From assembly GCA_963693365.1 (NCBI GenBank), contig CAVNZM010000013.1, forward strand, positions 4,824,140-4,888,139: 64,000 nt of DNA, written 5' to 3'. How positions within the stretch are numbered: position 1 is the first letter of the stretch; every line of letters begins with the position of its first letter. The position numbers and the translations under genes are program-made. Below, piece after piece: positions 1 through 41,799 of the stretch. The notes beneath the pieces are model-generated. The model was not told the origin of the DNA. It saw nothing but the letters and a program-made list of their open reading frames with translations, and did not search any database. This stretch comes from Amoebidium appalachense. Taxonomy: Eukaryota > Protista > Ichthyosporea.

Positions 1-424
1 CAATTGTTATTTCTATGTATACAAACACAGACCGTTCGTAATAAAATCATATATGAGCCAGATATAAAATCTGAATTCCGCGTCAGTGGGGGTTCCGTTC
101 ACGTGTAACCTTCTATAAGAGCTTACATTCCGCGATAGTGGTCGTTATTATGCACGGGTGCCCATCCATGTAAAACATCTACGTACTAGAGCCCTGTTTT
201 CATGACACTGGGGCCGTTGGTATTCGTATCCATGAAATATTGAGGATTTTATGCATGCAAACCCATTCCATACAACATGCCCTTCAACCTAAATTCCGTA
301 TAAAAAAATTTCATTTCCCCCATTTTTTTCTCCCTCTCCTACTCTTCTAAAAACATGCTTTTACACCCTACGAATCCCATAAAGAAAAAAATGATTTCTC
401 CACATTCCCCCCATTATTTCTTAC

Positions 425-13560
<13,136 letters not shown>

Positions 13561-14541
13561 TCCCGCTATCCTCGACTGCTCTTGTATTCAACGCATACCA
13601 GGCTGGACTGCTCACGTAAAGTAGGCTAACTTCTAAAAGTGATTCCACGAGTAGACGTCATGCAGTAGCAAAAGTTTTTTTTTCTACACGACAAGGCAAC
13701 AACGTTGTCAATATGAAGAAAACTTGCCAGAATAAAAACAGGGAAAACGCTATTCGGTGTCATAGAAAAAGTGAACGTAACGTGATCAAGTGTGCTGAAT
13801 CCAGAAAAATGTGGCAAGGCTTTTCTGACTTGCTCCCACGCATTCATTCGAATCGAGCCAGAAAATCGGGTTTGGTTCGAAAAGCCGTTTACCAACATTC
13901 TACATATGCATAGGATTCCTTCACTGCAATAGGCGCATGGATGCAGTCTGTATGTATCCATTCCAAATCAAAAGCCTTGAAGTTCTATAATTTTCTCTAT
14001 GGCTTCATTTAGTATTTATGGAACCTTTTGTTGGTGGAAGCTGTTTACGACACTCGAATCAGCCGATGCATGGTGGCCCCAAGTGCTCTCGATTCGAACC
14101 GGAATGTGATCACTGACCATTCCTGGAGAGTCATGGTGATGTCATCAAGCCATATGTGATTGGTTCCTTTTGCAACGTTTGCGATAACGCGATATGATTT
14201 GGCCTCTTGAGGAATTTGCCTAATCACAGCCATCTAATTGGTGGTGATGGCATAATGGCGCGAGTTTTGAAAATCCGATGTCGATGCTGGTTGATGGATG
14301 ATCATTCATCACATCATGCATTCATGCATTTGTACACGTGTTCCGGCTTCGTTGGTGTGCGTGTGCAGTGAAGTGAACTTGCGTGTGCGTGTGTGTTTGT
14401 GTGTGTTTGTGTGTTTGTGTGTGTGTGTGTGTGTGTGCGTGTGTGTGTGCGTGCGTGTGTACACCGTGTGCGCGCGTGGATGTGTGTACATGTGTACATG
14501 TGTGTCCGTCTAGATCTGTGTGCGTGCGTGCGTGCCATCTG

Positions 14542-14580
<39 letters not shown>

Positions 14581-14622
14581 ATGCAGGCGTACGTTTACAC
14601 GTTGGTGTGTGTGTGTGTGTGT

Positions 14623-14660
<38 letters not shown>

Positions 14661-14671
14661 ACATGTACATG

Positions 14672-14706
<35 letters not shown>

Positions 14707-14736
14707 ATGCATGTGTGTGCGTGTGTGTGAACGTGT

Positions 14737-14792
<56 letters not shown>

Positions 14793-14999
14793 TTTGTACG
14801 TGTGTGTGTGTGTGTGTGGGTGGGTGGGTGGGTGGGTGGGTGGGTGGGTGGGTGGGTCACGGTGTGCGTGTGTATGCTCAGCCTAGGCCTTCCGGCGCCA
14901 GCATCAGCCGCAGCCTCCTCATCATTTCTTCTTTATTTTTTATGTTTCCTTCTTCTTCTCTTCGTCTTTCTTTCTTTCTTTTTTTTTTTGTGTGTGTGT

Positions 15000-15035
<36 letters not shown>

Positions 15036-15208
15036 AGGTGGTGGTGGTGGTGGTGGTGGTGGTGGGGGGGGGGGGGGGGACATGTACAGAGTTACCAGGG
15101 ACGTGTAGAACTTCAGCCAATGAAACAGCGTCGAGAATTTGAATGGAGAGGAGGGGGGATGCAGGCGGGGCGCCCCGGAAGGAGGGGGGGGGGGGGGGGG
15201 GGGGCCGG

Positions 15209-15265
<57 letters not shown>

Positions 15266-16219
15266 TCGGATCTACTCGGATGTGTGTGTACACACATGTG
15301 TGTGTGTGTGTGTTTGGGAGGCGGGGGTTACACACACACCAGAGGTTAATTATGTAGTAGGTGCCTGCAGCGCGCGCTGGTACATTATATCGGAATTCGA
15401 AAACAGGATGGGACCATAAAAAGTCATGTCGTGCACGGTCGGTCACTCACGTGCCCGTGCACCTCAGTGCACGTGAGCTCATGAATTAATTTTATCACAC
15501 ACATATTCTTCGTCATGAAAATTATGCACTGTTATTACATTTTGTGTACACACCCTTCGTACTCACAGTCAAGTTGAGCAGAATCTGATATATTTAGCAC
15601 CGTGACAGTCTGAGATAGGTGATATCTATTACGATCTATCAACCGTAACGTGAATTTGTGACCTCCCTTAAGCCGCGCATCACTACGTAACACTCATGAT
15701 CAGGAGGCATAAGGTGTGAGTTCAACCCCAGTGATAGATATTGATATTCAGAATCTCAAGAAATTAAAACAAAGTGTCACATGGTTCATGAAATGACATG
15801 ACCAATCTGGAGATATATGGATGGCCTAATTACACAGTGTCATAGTGTATATACTCAACCTCCTTCGGCGTGCGGAATGCAATATATGTATGCAATAGCC
15901 AGGATGACGTCATTCGTATGTTCGTTCCAAATTCAAATGCTGTTAACAAGCACCAGACAATGGCGAAGTCTTATAAATTGCAGTAATTTCTTGCGGTGTT
16001 CGTTTCTCCCCCTTAAACCCCCCCTCTCCTCCCCACCCCCCTCCCCCCTCCCCCCTTCTCCGAAGACCGAGGACCACACACACATACATGCACACACACT
16101 ACCTATGCAGCCACCCATCTACCCACACAATGAACTACCCAACTCCATACACCTCAAAGCTAACATGTTTCATTACAGCAACCACGTGACACCTCCGCCT
16201 ACGATATATGCCAAGCCAT

Positions 16220-27146
<10,927 letters not shown>

Positions 27147-27224
27147 CTGCCGAGAGAAAAACGGCAAAGATTAGCCCCCCTCCGCTCCCCCTCTCTATCT
27201 TTTTTTTTTTTATTCCTTCCCCCG

Positions 27225-27255
<31 letters not shown>

Positions 27256-27442
27256 TCTTTGCGCATCTTTCCCGACATGGCTGCCCCCAACACTGAACAA
27301 GGCACAGCTGCAAAACATCAAAAAGGAGGCCCTTTGACCAGATAGACGGTGAATAAAGATTATGTACGTCTCTTCATTTTGTACTTACGTATTTGTACTT
27401 GGTGTATTATTTTTTATTTATTTTATTTTATTTTGGGTGGGT

Positions 27443-27484
<42 letters not shown>

Positions 27485-27637
27485 ATATTGAAAAGGTGTT
27501 CACACTGTGCCCAAAATTTTAGGACATGCAGGGCAAGCAGAATCCAGAACACAGCAAGAAAAAGAAAACCAAAAGAAAGCAGCAAACAGGGCACACATTC
27601 GAGATGCCCCTCTGCGTTTGCCCATCTAGGTAGGTGT

Positions 27638-27693
<56 letters not shown>

Positions 27694-27958
27694 CGCGCAC
27701 GTGCGTGTTTGGGGAGGGGGGGGGGGGGGGGGAGGAGGAGAAGGGGGAGAGGGGTGGGATCATTTCTTTGACCAACTACACCTTAAGAAAGGGAAATGGG
27801 AGGGAGAACAGTAGAAGGGCAGATCATACAGGCAAGCATACAGGCAGAAAGGAAAGAAAGGAAGACGAAGAGATAAGAAGAAAGGGGGAAATGTGTATGC
27901 ATAGAAGAACGAAAAACGACATTCTGGAAAATAGAAAGAGGAAAGAAAAAAAAAAAGA

Positions 27959-28031
27959 CGACCCTGGCAGGACTCGAACCTACAATCTTCTGCTCCGAAG
28001 GCAGACGCCTTATCCATTAGGCCACAGGGCC
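27959..28031 (-). tRNA. tRNA-Arg, anticodon TCG
   Basis: GGCCCTGTGGCCTAATGGATAAGGCGTCTGCCTTCGGAGCAGAAGATTGTAGGTTCGAGTCCTGCCAGGGTCG: 73 nt, acceptor stem, anticodon stem TCTGC/GCAGA with loop CTTCGGA, GTTCGA T-loop, followed by an oligo-T Pol III terminator. Confidence 0.96.
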
Positions 28032-28304
28032 ACCTGTCTCCCTCTCCAAATCGTCCAATACGATCATCCACATCCATATTATCCGCTCACTTGAAATGCA
28101 TGAGAATAGAACATGACTTTAGGGTGCCTACTCAACGTGTCCTATTTGCGTGCAGCTCACACCGTGCTTTTGGTGATGATGTGTATATATATGTGTATGC
28201 TAGGGGCAAGACAGACATTCGGACATTTGTATGTGCCTGTGTGGTTAGCGTGGGTGTGGGCGAATGTGTGGGTTTGTTGGTAGTGGCGGTTACATGCCTG
28301 TGTC

Positions 28305-28371
<67 letters not shown>

Positions 28372-28518
28372 GTGTGTGTGTGCATGCGTGTGTGCGTGCG
28401 TGCGTGGGTGGTGGTGGTGGTGATGGTGGTGTGGTGGTGATTGTATTGTGTGTCTTGGTGGTGGTGTTTTTTTTTTTTTTTTGTTTTTTGTTTTGTTTTT
28501 TGTTTTTGTTTTTTGTTT

Positions 28519-28569
<51 letters not shown>

Positions 28570-28581
28570 TGAATACACACG

Positions 28582-33749
<5,168 letters not shown>

Positions 33750-34906
33750 CTGGAGAAAAGGGTGCCCTGAATTCTTTCTATGCCAACAACCCGGGGAGCC
33801 AGTTCTACACCACAAAACCTTCCTAATTCATAAACTCGCTTCTAAGGACCAAAAAATCCTCCCATCTCTGAAGCTCCTTTTTCATCTGACTAATGGGTGG
33901 TGCCGCAATCTTTGAACCTCCGAGGCCACAAAACTGAAACTTTGAAACCTCGATTGCTCTAGACTCTCATTGTCACCTCTGTCAGTCTGTGACAGTCACC
34001 TGATGACGTCTTACAAGCAAAATCCCCAATGGCCATTCGCTGCCAGCACATCAAAGTATCATAGTCGAACATTTTTTTTTTGCACTTTTACCATATCTGG
34101 TTATTTGCTTGGGGAATTTGCGTAACGAGGTTACATGAGCCTAAGTTTTATTGGCTACGCGCGCACCAGCATGACGTCACAATTGACATCAGACACTGTG
34201 TGACCGAAACCACGGCCCTCTGAAAACGGATTTCTCGAGGACCACGCCGAAACGCAGCGTTGCTGCGAACAGCTGCCAGGCTGCAGGTGAACGAGCCCAA
34301 CCCACACAAGAGGGTCGGCCCAAACTACCCCGAAAATACAACCTTCCTCTACCAACCCATGCAACCTGCAGGGCCAGCGCTTTCCATCTGTCACTACCCA
34401 GCAGATGTCAAGTTGCCAGCATCAAAGCCCCTCTCAGCACCTTAAGTCCCCCGGCCAATTGCAGCACGAGCACAGCCACCCATGGATGCACATGGAGGTA
34501 CGTAGCTGGCCCGGGCTCCACCTAAACGCTAGACGACCACAAGCAGCCACGAGCAAACGCCCTCCCCCTCCCGAACTATGTACAGCCCCCACGTGTTTTG
34601 AAAGAAACCAGTCAGCTGCCACCTGTACACACCATAGCGCAAATCCAACCTCACAGCCTTCCCCCCTTCCCCCCCCCTCCCCCGGGGCGACCTACCGTAC
34701 CCTCTCTAAATGTATACTGTCTAGCTTCCAACACACATTCAAATACAAGAACCCACAACCCCATCCACCCAAACCTGACCCCTTTCAAACAAGTAATGAG
34801 CTAGCACGGCTGCATTGGCATGTCGCCTATAAAACAGCAGCAAAGATTCTAATGGAAAATTCCCGCGGAAACAGCCCATATATATATAATCAATATGTAT
34901 AAGCCT

Positions 34907-35359
34907 TTGGACTGCTCCCCCTAGTTGAACAGTTTGGGGGGAAAGCCGAAGGCTCTAAATTCGGATATTCGGGATTTGGTTGTAAGGTTTTACGGGTCGG
35001 GCCGAAGGCCTTAACGGGCCGCAGGCCCGCCTATTGGGCCGCCAGGCCCGGGGCCCCGGGGACCGGGGGCCTCCCCACCCACGCGGGCCACCCCCCGGCC
35101 CGGCCCGGCCCGCGGGGGCACGGGGAGTAGAGCTCTACTCCCCGTGCCCCCGCGGGCCGGGCCGGGCCGGGGGGTGGCCCGCGTGGGTGGGGAGGCCCCC
35201 GGTCCCCGGGGCCCCGGGCCTGGCGGCCCAATAGGGCGGGCCTGCGGCCCGTTAAGGCCTTCGGCCCGACCCGTAAAACCTTACAACCAAATCCCGAATA
35301 TCCGAATTTAGAGCCTTCGGCTTTCCCCCCAAACTGTTCAACTAGGGGGAGCAGTCCAA
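34907..35359. repeat. 453-bp spacer-less palindrome, putative opened hairpin terminus
   Basis: Centre gagtagAG|CTctactc at 35132/35133. Arms of 226 and 227 bp are reverse complements except for one extra G near 35234. Confidence 0.97.
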
Positions 35360-35490
35360 TATTGCTTCGCTCTTTCCAGTAGATCACTTCCAAATATCTA
35401 TCACGTGATGACCTTCCCGATTGTTCTTCCAATGACATTTTCTATCACTATCGACAGTTCTCCAATATTAGAACAGAAAACGGTTTATAC

Positions 35491-35582
35491 CCACATGGCC
35501 AGATGGCCAGATCAAATCCAGTCTGTGAGCAGGGGGGGGGATCCACCTGAAGTCAAAACAATCTGGCCATCTGGCCATGTGG
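35491..35582. repeat. 22-bp perfect inverted repeat with a 48-bp spacer
   Basis: ccacatggccagatggccagat (35491-35512) and atctggccatctggccatgtgg (35561-35582). Confidence 0.95.
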
Positions 35583-35615
35583 CCATAGAATAGATTAGTA
35601 TGTAAGGCACTGGCT

Positions 35616-37035
35616 GCCACCACTGGGGGGCGTGGTTCCGGCAGCAGGGGGGGAGGGGAGGCACACGTGCACAGGAGGCCGGGGAGAGTGGGGGAAGCAT
35701 GTTGGAATGCCACCACTGGGGGGCGTGGTTCCGGCAGCAGGGGGGGAGGGGAGGCACACGTGCACAGGAGGCCGGGGAGAGTGGGGGAAGCATGTTGGAA
35801 TGCCACCACTGGGGGGCGTGGTTCCGGCAGCAGGGGGGGAGGGGAGGCACACGTGCACAGGAGGCCGGGGAGAGTGGGGGAAGCATGTTGGAATGCCACC
35901 ACTGGGGGGCGTGGTTCCGGCAGCAGGGGGGAGGGGAGGCACACGTGCACAGGAGGCCGGGGAGAGTGGGGGAAGCATGTTGGAATGCCACCACTGGGGG
36001 GCGTGGTTCCGGCAGCAGGGGGGAGGGGAGGCACACGTGCAGGGGGGCTGGGGAGAGTGGGGGAAGCATGTTGGAATGCCACCACTGGGGGGCGTGGTTC
36101 CGGCAGCAGGGGGGGAGGGGAGGCACACGTGCAGGGGGGCTGGGGAGAGTGGGGGAAGCATGTTGGAATGCCACCACTGGGGGGCGTGGTTCCGGCAGCA
36201 GGGGGGGAGGGGAGGCACACGTGCACAGGAGGCCGGGGAGAGTGGGGGAAGCATGTTGGAATGCCACCACTGGGGGGCGTGGTTCCGGCAGCAGGGGGGA
36301 GGGGAGGCACACGTGCACAGGAGGCCGGGGAGAGTGGGGGAAGCATGTTGGAATGCCACCACTGGGGGGCGTGGTTCCGGCAGCAGGGGGGGAGGGGGAG
36401 GCACACGTGCAGGGGGGGCTGGGGAGGCACACGTGCACAGGAGGCCGGGGAGAGTGGGGGAAGCATGTTGGAATGCCACCACTGGGGGGCGTGGTTCCGG
36501 CAGCAGGGGGGAGGGGAGGCACACGTGCAGGGGGGCTGGGGGAGTGGGGGAAGCATGGCACCGCTGGGGAATGGCACCACTGGGGGCGTGGTTCCGGCAG
36601 GCCAGCAAGAGGGCGGATATGTGAGGCACACATGCTGGCGAGGAGGGCAAGGAGGGCGAGACTGGCGAGCCACCCACAGTGAGAAAGTATTATGTATGCA
36701 TAGAGCATGTTGCCTGTGCAGCAGGTAGATGTGCATGAGGCACCAGAGTGGTGCAAGTTTCTGGTGGCTCTGTTTGACTAATAAAGGCATATGCTGCAAC
36801 CACTGGGGGCCTGGTTCCGGGAGGAGGGGGGGCTGGGGGAGGGGGAGGCTGGGGGGCCGGGGGGGGAAGCATGGCACCGCTGGGGGCGTGGTTCCGGCAG
36901 CAGGGGGGGCTGGGGGGAGGGGGAGGCTGGGGGGCCGGGGGGGCGGAGGAGGCGGGGGGGCCGGGGGGCGGAGGAGGGGGGGCTGGGGGCCTCACAGTTG
37001 GTTCCGGGGGGCACGGGGGGGGGGGCTGGGGGGGG
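35616..37035. repeat. Subterminal G-rich tandem array, ~93-bp unit, about 10 copies plus a degenerate tail
   Basis: gccaccactggggggcgtggttccggcagcagg recurs at 35616, 35709, 35802 and onward; each unit contains CACGTG. Confidence 0.95.
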
Positions 37036-37128
37036 GGCAAAAAGTCTCTCTCTCCTATGCACACATATACTAAGTGTGAGGCCGGGAGGCCAAATATAAA
37101 TGCTAAGTGTGAGGCCGGGGGATGCAAA

Positions 37129-37161
<33 letters not shown>

Positions 37162-37874
37162 CAGGCCAAATATATATGCTAAGTGTGTAATGCTAAGTGT
37201 GAGGCCGGGGGGCCAAATATATATGCCAAGTGTGTGATGCTAAGTGTGAGGCCGGGGGGCCAAATATATATGCTAAGTGTGTAATGCTAAGTGTGAGGCC
37301 GGGAGGCCAAATATATATGCTAAGTGTGTAATGCTAAGTGTGAGGCCGGGGGGCCAAATATATATGCCAAGTGTGTAATGCTAAGTGTGAGGCCGGGGGG
37401 CCAAATATATATGCTGTGTGAGGCCGGGGGATGCAAAAAGCTCTCTCTCTCTCTCTCTCGGCAGGCCAAATAATGCTAAGTGTGTAATGCTAAGTGTGAG
37501 GCCGGGGGGCCAAATATAAATGCTAAGTGTGTAATGCTAAGTGTGAGGCCGGGAGGCCAAATATATATGCTAAGTGTGTAATGCTAAGTGTGAGGCCGGG
37601 GGGCCAAATATATATGCCAAGTGTGTAATGCTAAGTGTGAGGCCGGGGGGCCAAATATATATGCTGTGTGAGGCCGGGGGATGCAAAAAGTCTCTCTCTC
37701 TCTCTCTCTCGGCAGGCCAAATAATGCTAAGTGTGTAATGCTAAGTGTGAGGCCGGGGGGCCAAATATATATGCTGTGTGAGGCCGGGGGATGCAAAAAG
37801 TCTCTCTCTCTCTCTCTCGGCAGGCCAAATAATGCTAAGTGTGTAATGCTAAGTGTGAGGCCGGGGGATGCAAA

Positions 37875-37919
<45 letters not shown>

Positions 37920-37997
37920 CAGGCCAAATATATATGCTAAGTGTGAGGCCGGGAGGCCAAATATAAATGCTAAGTGTGAGGCCGGGGGATGCAAAAA

Positions 37998-38033
<36 letters not shown>

Positions 38034-38222
38034 CAGGGAGGGGGGAGGGGGGAGGGGGGCAAATAAATGCATCCGTGCATGCAAATAATGCTAGAGACCG
38101 GGAGGGGGGAGGGGGGAGGGGGGCAAATAAATGCATCCGTGCATGCAAATAATGCTTAGTGTGAGGCTGGTGAATCCGGGGGCCAAGTAAATGCATCCGT
38201 GTGAGGCCGGGGGATGCAAAAA

Positions 38223-38260
<38 letters not shown>

Positions 38261-38338
38261 CAGGCCAAATATATATGCTAAGTGTGAGGCCGGGAGGCCA
38301 AATATAAATGCTAAGTGTGAGGCCGGGGGATGCAAAAA

Positions 38339-38376
<38 letters not shown>

Positions 38377-38560
38377 CAGGGAGGGGGGAGGGGGGAGGGG
38401 GCAAATAAATGCATCCGTGCATGCAAATAATGCTAGAGACCGGGAGGGGGGAGGGGGGGGGAGGGGGCAAATAAATGCATCCGTGCATGCAAATAATGCT
38501 TAGTGTGAGGCTGGTGAATCTGGGGGCCAAGTAAATGCATCCGTGTGAGGCCGGGGGCAA
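37036..38560. repeat. Subterminal compound array built on tgctaagtgtgaggccggg, ggccaaatatata and (CT)n-cggcagg modules
   Basis: Many copies of gtgtgaggccggg interleaved with variable (CT)n tracts. Confidence 0.95.
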
Positions 38561-38816
38561 CACGTGCTTATATATTTATTTGTATTTCCACTGAGCTTTA
38601 CAAAATAAATACATCCGTGGTGGCACACGTGTCTTCTTAATGTAATATATTTATCTGTATTTCCACTGCATAAGTTTTACATAGTATCGAAATACATCCG
38701 TTGTGGCTCCCCTCTCCCAAAAAATACACTCGGTTGTTTGTAACCCCCCCCCCCCCAACAATACACCCAGTTTGCTTGCAAAAACTATACCCCAAACACC
38801 CCCCACCCACCACACA

Positions 38817-39527
38817 CTACTTGCTGGGCGCGTGTCTCTTGGGGTCATGCTCGACATCGTCACTGCCTCTCTTACCACCCTTCGGGGTGGTGGTGCGAGG
38901 GGTACCCAAAAGCGCGGGGGGGGGTCCCGGAACGACACGGCCGGGAGGGGCAGGGGGCTTTGTTGAGCCGGCCGGGAGGGGCAGGGGGCTTTGTTGAGCC
39001 GGCCGGGGGGGAGGGGGCTTGCGGTGGGTCTGGTCGGAGGGGTTGTACACAGAACTCATCGGGTTTTCGTCGATACATGCAGACAGCCTGTCACGCTGAA
39101 GCCTGTACTCTTCAGCCGTGGCCCTCACGCTCGCCAACTCGACCTCCCTTGCCTGAAGAGCATCCCGAGTCTCCTTCAGCTGCTGCACAAGCCCCGCTAC
39201 ATTACCGTACCCACGGGACATACGATGGAGCAATTCTTGTGCTTCATTCGCACTCGATGCTGCAGACTCTTGTAGAGCCTCGTTCTGGCGTTGCAGAGCT
39301 TCGTTCTGGCGAACAACTTTCCCCGAAACCTTCTCGACGTCGACGGACAACGACTTGAGCTGCTCCTCGACAACATTGACCCGATTGCAAAGCTCGTTCC
39401 ACGTCTCGGGGGTGACATAGACCCGACGGCAAAGCTCGTCCCACATCTCGGGGGTAACACGGAAGGTCTTTTCCCCCTCACCCCCCTCCCCACCCCCTTG
39501 ACTATGCGGAGACTTGGGCTCTGACAT
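38817..39527 (-). CDS. Hypothetical coiled-coil protein, 236 aa
   Basis: Intronless ATG ORF with a duplicated VTPExWxELCxRV motif, a heptad-rich middle and a Pro-rich tail. Confidence 0.7.
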   Translation of the reverse strand: MSEPKSPHSQGGGEGGEGEKTFRVTPEMWDELCRRVYVTPETWNELCNRVNVVEEQLKSLSVDVEKVSGKVVRQNEALQRQNEALQESAASSANEAQELLHRMSRGYGNVAGLVQQLKETRDALQAREVELASVRATAEEYRLQRDRLSACIDENPMSSVYNPSDQTHRKPPPPRPAQQSPLPLPAGSTKPPAPPGRVVPGPPPALLGTPRTTTPKGGKRGSDDVEHDPKRHAPSK

Positions 39528-40778
39528 GACTAGTAACGCTCAAAAACAAAAGAAAGGATTTTCGAGGTGAGAGTGATCGAAATGAGAAACCCCAATCGGT
39601 AACGCTTAAGGTTAAGAACAAAAGGGTCAAGAACAAAAGAAAGGAATTTTTGCCTCGAGTAAGGTTTAGACAGCGTGAAAGGATTTGATCGACAAATGAC
39701 CCCCAAATCAGTTAGACTGCCTTTTTATAGCCCCAGCTCCAACAGACATCTTACTCGCGGATCGAAATGGGGGATCGATTCGGGACGATTGTCCAAATTA
39801 TGAGTACGTGAATTGGCTTGACTGCTTTTTTTAGGTCTTTTTTTACTTGTAATGTTTTTGGCTCAACATGGAAAATAAATTCATAGGGAACAGCGCGAAC
39901 AGGTACAACTGCATCTTGTTTTGGGTAGCTCTGGCATGGGCTTTCTAGAAGATGCGCATGCCCTTGGATTGGTTGGGGCATTTTCACAATTTTAATGCCC
40001 CGGTGAAAAGGATTCTTAAAAAACTCATCACAATCAATGCAAAATTCAAGTGTTTTTCTACATAATTTTATTTATTTCATTCAAGTCTTGTGTACAACGA
40101 ACAAAAAACATCAACATGGATGCCATTGCCGCGGGTCATTCGAATATCACCCCTTTTTGCCCCCCCTCCGGTGAGATGGCTTTTGAATTATTCCGTTTTT
40201 TTTAACGCCCACTGTCAAAACGATTATAAAAACCCTCTTTTATCACAATCAAATCTATTAAAATTCAAAATTATACTTCTCTGGATAAGATCATTACAAT
40301 GAAGTATTAATGATTTTGTTTATACACAATATGTACACAGAAGACCCGCGAATTCAGGATCCTTTTGATTGGCTGGACAGCGATTGGGGTCATGTGTCTT
40401 TTTGATTGGTTGGACAGCGATTGAGGTATCTCGTGGATCACGTGAACTTCTGAGAACTGTCTGGAGGGGGGCAAGGCTTTTCAAAGCAAACATCGATGTG
40501 CCTGTAACGCAGTGCCTTCTATTGACGCTGTATTAAGATATATTTATGGATAAGTACAGTACACAAAATAAACACATACAATAAAAATAATCTCAAATCT
40601 TCGCATTGTGGTAGCCTAACTGCAACGGGTATCGGTGGCCGAGACAGTGATTGAAATACATATATGTGGGTACACATTTTTGCCCTACTTCGATTACCAA
40701 TGCTCGAATTATATGACCAAGCGTGCACTTGAACAAACCCGTCGGTTCTACAGTCTCTCACTTCCGGCAACAGTCTGT

Positions 40779-40980
40779 CACGTCTTAGCGCTACACATTT
40801 TTAGCCACAGCAAAACTTCCTTTTACCCCGAAAGATTTTCTACTACACGTCTTAGCGCTACACATTTTTAGCCACAGCAAAACTTCCTTTTACCCCGAAA
40901 GATTTTCTACTACACGTCTTAGCGCTACACATTTTTAGCCACAGCAAAACTTCCTTTTACCCCGACAGATTTTCTACTAC
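40779..40980. repeat. 3 x 67-bp tandem repeat ending ~50 bp upstream of the KDM4-like start codon
   Basis: cgtcttagcgctacacatttttagccacagc at 40781, 40848 and 40915. Confidence 0.95.
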
Positions 40981-41030
40981 TCGCTTGCACACAAACCACA
41001 ATTCGCTCACGCACAAACCATTATATTAAC

Positions 41031-41764
41031 ATGGCCGGTTCCGATTTTCAAGAATGGCTCGGCACAACACAAGCCTACCCATATGCTAAACGTGCAACTT
41101 TTCATTTTTCCACCTCTTTCGATGCACACAACGTTTTTGCACATGGGCGGGTCCACGCTATAGAACGCATCGTTTTGGTGGGAAACAAAACTGCCGATTA
41201 TCCTGTCAGGCTCTCCATTCTACACAAGGACGAGCAACACGAAATTCTTATGTTTTTCAAAAAAGGCAAGAAAGGAGAGCAGTCAGGCTGGAAAATTAGG
41301 GAGGAAAAGTTCATAGCCGGAAAGATACCAGGAAACGTAATGAAAATTCTGAGACAGGGGGGGAAAGACTGGGAAGTTTACGATTTGGGGGCATATGCCG
41401 ACATACACAGAAAGACAATCGACTCCGGGTTCACGTTTGCTGCGGGCCCTGAATACAACGAGGATACCCCTACCCTTGCCAAGTTACTCTACCTTCTCAG
41501 AACATGCCCAATACCCGAAAAGGGGGATTCCCTTTCCATAAACGACGACCCAACACACAGACTCGAACTCAGTCACACAATTCGAACAAACATGACGGAC
41601 CGTGATTGCGTTCTGTTTTTTGGCGGGGTTCGTTATATCAGACTCCCTTCTCTCCAGAAGGCTGCCACCTTGTGGGCTGCCAAACGTCTTCGTCTTAACA
41701 ATTTCTCGGCCAGATTTGCGGCGGTAGCAAGCCCACTATCGAGGCTGGCGCCGCCTGCAGGTTG

Positions 41765-41799
<35 letters not shown>

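Noticed and set aside
35031-35438. Mirror-image ORFs with identical peptide on both strands
   Set aside because: A direct consequence of the palindrome, not evidence of coding.
35468-36877. 327-469 aa ORFs in all six frames
   Set aside because: Artefact of the GC-rich 93-bp tandem array.
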